64,000 nt of DNA from an uncultured Veillonellaceae bacterium (GTDB lineage: Bacteria; Bacillota; Negativicutes; JARBTT01), in contig CAWDTA010000003.1 in NCBI GenBank assembly GCA_963805085.1, positions 96,001 to 160,000 of the forward strand, written 5' to 3'. The translations under genes and the position numbers were made by a program. Of this stretch, positions 60,788 to 64,000 are shown in pieces. Below the pieces are notes generated by a model that saw nothing but the letters and a program-made list of their open reading frames with translations, was not told where the DNA came from and ran no database searches. Every line of letters starts with the position of its first letter. Position 1 is the stretch's first letter.

Positions 60788-63700
60788 ATGGCTAAAGATA
60801 TAATTAATAAACAATTAAATATTTCTAAAGATTCTGAATTAAATAAAAAATCAAAAGAACAAATAATGGCCTCTACGATTGACAACAAAGAATACGATAA
60901 AAAGGAAGTTGGTGGAATCAATAGTGAAAAGGAAATGCATCAAATAAATAATGAATGCATAAAAAATAAAGATATTGCCATTATCGGGATAGCATGTCGT
61001 TTTCCCGGAGCTGAAAATTATGGACAATTTTGGGAAAATATTAAACGAGGACTATCGAATATTCAGGAAATTCCCCAAAATCGTTGGGACTGGCAAGCGT
61101 TATGGGGAGATCCCCAAATTGAAATAAATAAGAGTAACAGTAAATGGGGTGGATTCATTAAGAATGTTGATACCTTTGATGCGAGCTTTTTCGGATTTTC
61201 TCCTCGAGAATCAGAAGTGATGGATCCGCAGCAAAGGATCATGCTGGAACTAGCTTGGTCTTGCTTGGAGGATGGGGGGGTTCGTCCTTCTGATGTATCA
61301 GGAAAAAAAGTCGGTGTTTATTTAGGTGTTTTTTCTTCTGACTATAAAGAATTGCAAGAAAGAGAATTTCGCGCAATTGAAATGTATCATTCTATAGGAA
61401 CTGCTACTGCAGTAGTCGCCAATCGCATTTCTCATTATTTCAATTTTAAAGGCCCGAGCATTCCTATTGATACGGCTTGTTCCAGTGCTCTTAGTGCTAT
61501 TCATGCAGCTATTAACTCTTTACGCTCGGGAGAATGCAGCATGGCGTTAGTGGGAGGTATTAATCTATTATTGACGCCAACTCGCTATATTTCATACTCA
61601 AAAACCGGTATGTTGTCGCCTACGGGATCATGTAAAACCTTCGATGAAAGTGCCGATGGCTATGTACGAGGTGAAGGTGCAGGGCTCATCTTGGTTAAGC
61701 CTTTAGAACAAGCGATTAAGGATGGAGATTCTATCTATGGAATTCTGAAGGGAAGTGCTATTAACCATAACGGGAAAACTCATACTTTAACTTATCCCAA
61801 TCCCGAAGCCCAAGCGGATGTGATTATTGAAGCGTGTAAGCAGGCAAGGGTTACTCCTGAAAGTATCAGCTATATTGAGACTCACGGAACAGGGACTCCC
61901 AAAGGGGATCCCCTTGAGTTTCAGGGACTATTAAAGGCATTTGAAAGCCTTTCTTCACAAGGAAAGCAAAGTTTGAAAAGAAACTATTGCGGTTTGGGGG
62001 CTGTAAAAACCAATATAGGTCATCTTGAATCTGCGGCCGGAATTGCCGGGGTAATCAAAGTGTTATTATCCATGAAGTATAAACAGTTACCTGGGCTTCA
62101 GAATTTCAAACGGTTAAATCATCGCATTGCTGTGGAAAATAGTCCGTTTTATTTTATTGATCGGTTACAAGCATGGAAACCATTAAAAGATGTAAACAAT
62201 AAAGCTTATCCTAGACGAGCTGGAGTAAGTTCTTTTGGATTTGGGGGTACGAATGCCCATGTGATTCTTGAAGAAGCGCCGGTTATCGCAAAGCATTCCA
62301 ACATAAAAGTCCCCTATTACTTAATTTGTTTATCCGCTAAAACTAAAGAAGCATTGCGGCGTAAGGAAGAAGACCTGCTATATTGGTTAGAAGAGGAAGG
62401 AATAAAACATAAACTTATTGAGATTAGTGCGACGTTATTGATGGGGAGAGAGCATTTTGCAATAAGATCTGCTTTTGTCGTAAGAGATGTGCAAGAACTC
62501 CAAAAGAGATTAAAGCAAGTTCTCGAAAAAGGAGAAGCTGAAGGATATTATATAGAAGGTAATATAAAAAAAGGAGAACAAATGAGTCCTCTCTTGGTAG
62601 AGCTAGGTAAGACGATTGTCAAAGAGTTACAGGCAAATAAATTGAAGGACGAGCAGGAATATGGTCAAAAACTCATGGCGTTGGCGGAACTGTATACAAG
62701 TGGGCATAATCTGGATTGGCAGATGATTTTACCTAAAGGAAAGATAAGCCGCATCAGTTTGCCGACCTATCCTTTTGCCAGAGAGCGTTATTGGATATCT
62801 GATAGCGATGAAGAAAGTTACAGCAAAATAATAAGCTCTGGTAAGCTTACTTCCATTCATCCGCTATTGCATCAAAACACCTCAGATCTTTTCGAACAGA
62901 GGTTCAGTTCTAGTTTTACTGGAGAAGAGTCTTTCCTTGCAGATTATGTCGTGAAAGGGCAACGAATATTACCTAGAGTAGCTTACTTGGAAATGGCTCG
63001 GGCGGCAATTGGAAAGGCAGCAGGATCTTTAGAAGAAAATCAAATAGGGTTGCGATTCAAAAACGTGGTTTGGGCCAGACCTATTGCCATAGGAAAGCAG
63101 TCAATGCAAGTACATATTGGAATCTATCCCGAAGAGAATGGAGAAATAGCCTATGAAATATATAGCGAGCCACAAAAAGACAATGCAGAGCCTGTAATAC
63201 ACAGCCAAGGCAGTGTGGCGCTATGTGCTGTTACAGAAAGTTCAACCTTGGATTTGCATTCCTTGCGGGTGCAGTGCAGCCAAGGCATTTTTTCATCCAG
63301 TCAATGCTATGAAGTTTTTAGGACGGTGGGGCTTGACTATGGTCCTGGATATCAGGGGATTGAACAGGTATATGTAGGACAGGAACAGGTACTGGCTAAG
63401 CTGACTTTACCTGCGACTGTCTCCGATACGAAAGACCAATTTATTCTGCATCCAAGTCTAATGGATGCGGCCTTACAAGCATCTTTAATGATAAGTGCCA
63501 GTGACGTTAAACTAGCTCTGCCATTTGCATTGCAAGAACTTAAAATATTCGAAAAATGTACTTCCACCATGTGGGCGCTGATTCGCTACAGTGAAGGCAG
63601 TAAAGCTAAAGACAAGATGAAGAAAATTGATATTGATCTATGTGACGAGCAAGGGCGCGTTTGTGTACGGATGAAAGGTCTTTCCTCCAGAGTGTTGGAA

Positions 63701-64000
63701 GGAAAAGTGGATTCAGTAACAGATACAGAAGCGATTGGAACGCTGATGCTTCAACCTAGTTGGCAAGAAAAAATTGTTGATTCGGAAGCAACAATGCCAG
63801 AGTATGACCGACATCTAGTGATGTTATGTGAGTCACATGACATTTCTCAAGAAGACATTGAAAATCAAATAAATGGAGTACGCTGTCTCACCTTACATGC
63901 AGAACAGGAAGGCATAGAATCACGATTTAACAACTATGCCGTTCAAGCCTTTGAGCAAATCAAAAATATTCTTAAAGATAAGCATATGGGCAAAGTGTTG
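60788..64000 (+). CDS. trans-AT type I polyketide synthase (KS - docking region - DH-like ...), runs off the window
   Basis: Not in the ORF track because it has no stop. GGAGG RBS; DIAIIG, MDPQQR, DTACSS, HGTGT, KTNIGH, SSFGFGGTNAH and LPTYPF motifs; no AT domain before the DH (HPLL...HPSLMDAALQ). Confidence 0.93.
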   Translation, partial: MAKDIINKQLNISKDSELNKKSKEQIMASTIDNKEYDKKEVGGINSEKEMHQINNECIKNKDIAIIGIACRFPGAENYGQFWENIKRGLSNIQEIPQNRWDWQALWGDPQIEINKSNSKWGGFIKNVDTFDASFFGFSPRESEVMDPQQRIMLELAWSCLEDGGVRPSDVSGKKVGVYLGVFSSDYKELQEREFRAIEMYHSIGTATAVVANRISHYFNFKGPSIPIDTACSSALSAIHAAINSLRSGECSMALVGGINLLLTPTRYISYSKTGMLSPTGSCKTFDESADGYVRGEGAGLILVKPLEQAIKDGDSIYGILKGSAINHNGKTHTLTYPNPEAQADVIIEACKQARVTPESISYIETHGTGTPKGDPLEFQGLLKAFESLSSQGKQSLKRNYCGLGAVKTNIGHLESAAGIAGVIKVLLSMKYKQLPGLQNFKRLNHRIAVENSPFYFIDRLQAWKPLKDVNNKAYPRRAGVSSFGFGGTNAHVILEEAPVIAKHSNIKVPYYLICLSAKTKEALRRKEEDLLYWLEEEGIKHKLIEISATLLMGREHFAIRSAFVVRDVQELQKRLKQVLEKGEAEGYYIEGNIKKGEQMSPLLVELGKTIVKELQANKLKDEQEYGQKLMALAELYTSGHNLDWQMILPKGKISRISLPTYPFARERYWISDSDEESYSKIISSGKLTSIHPLLHQNTSDLFEQRFSSSFTGEESFLADYVVKGQRILPRVAYLEMARAAIGKAAGSLEENQIGLRFKNVVWARPIAIGKQSMQVHIGIYPEENGEIAYEIYSEPQKDNAEPVIHSQGSVALCAVTESSTLDLHSLRVQCSQGIFSSSQCYEVFRTVGLDYGPGYQGIEQVYVGQEQVLAKLTLPATVSDTKDQFILHPSLMDAALQASLMISASDVKLALPFALQELKIFEKCTSTMWALIRYSEGSKAKDKMKKIDIDLCDEQGRVCVRMKGLSSRVLEGKVDSVTDTEAIGTLMLQPSWQEKIVDSEATMPEYDRHLVMLCESHDISQEDIENQINGVRCLTLHAEQEGIESRFNNYAVQAFEQIKNILKDKHMGKVL

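Overview
Low-GC chromosomal window from a diderm, probably spore-forming Firmicute (Negativicutes-like). This is inferred from Firmicute-type genes plus TolC/MacAB and SigK-like promoters. Left to right it holds: a Na+-decarboxylase beta-subunit operon end; a trxA/Crp-Fnr/trxB module; a nitrite/sulfite-reductase-like gene; a DASS transporter interrupted at its RBS by a complete IS110; lysR, ygiD, fprA, gpsA and a CoA-transferase; a c-di-GMP-I riboswitch controlling a REC-GGDEF cyclase; a spore-coat-like cluster with a Cys/His repeat protein; a LacI-controlled galacturonate/pectin locus; an MCP and queF; a GntR-controlled DUF1537 acid-sugar operon; FMN riboswitch-ribB; P-II and recQ; TolC-MacAB; IS remnants; and the start of a trans-AT PKS cluster. 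The strongest signal is the IS110 element (8379-10126). It has CT cores at both ends, and joining the ends forms a perfect TTGACA-N17-TATAAT promoter. Its left end folds by eye into a bridge-RNA architecture whose target-binding loop spells a consensus Shine-Dalgarno (AAAGGAGG), and the element sits in an AAGGAG RBS. All structure calls were made by eye; no searches or folding programs were run.
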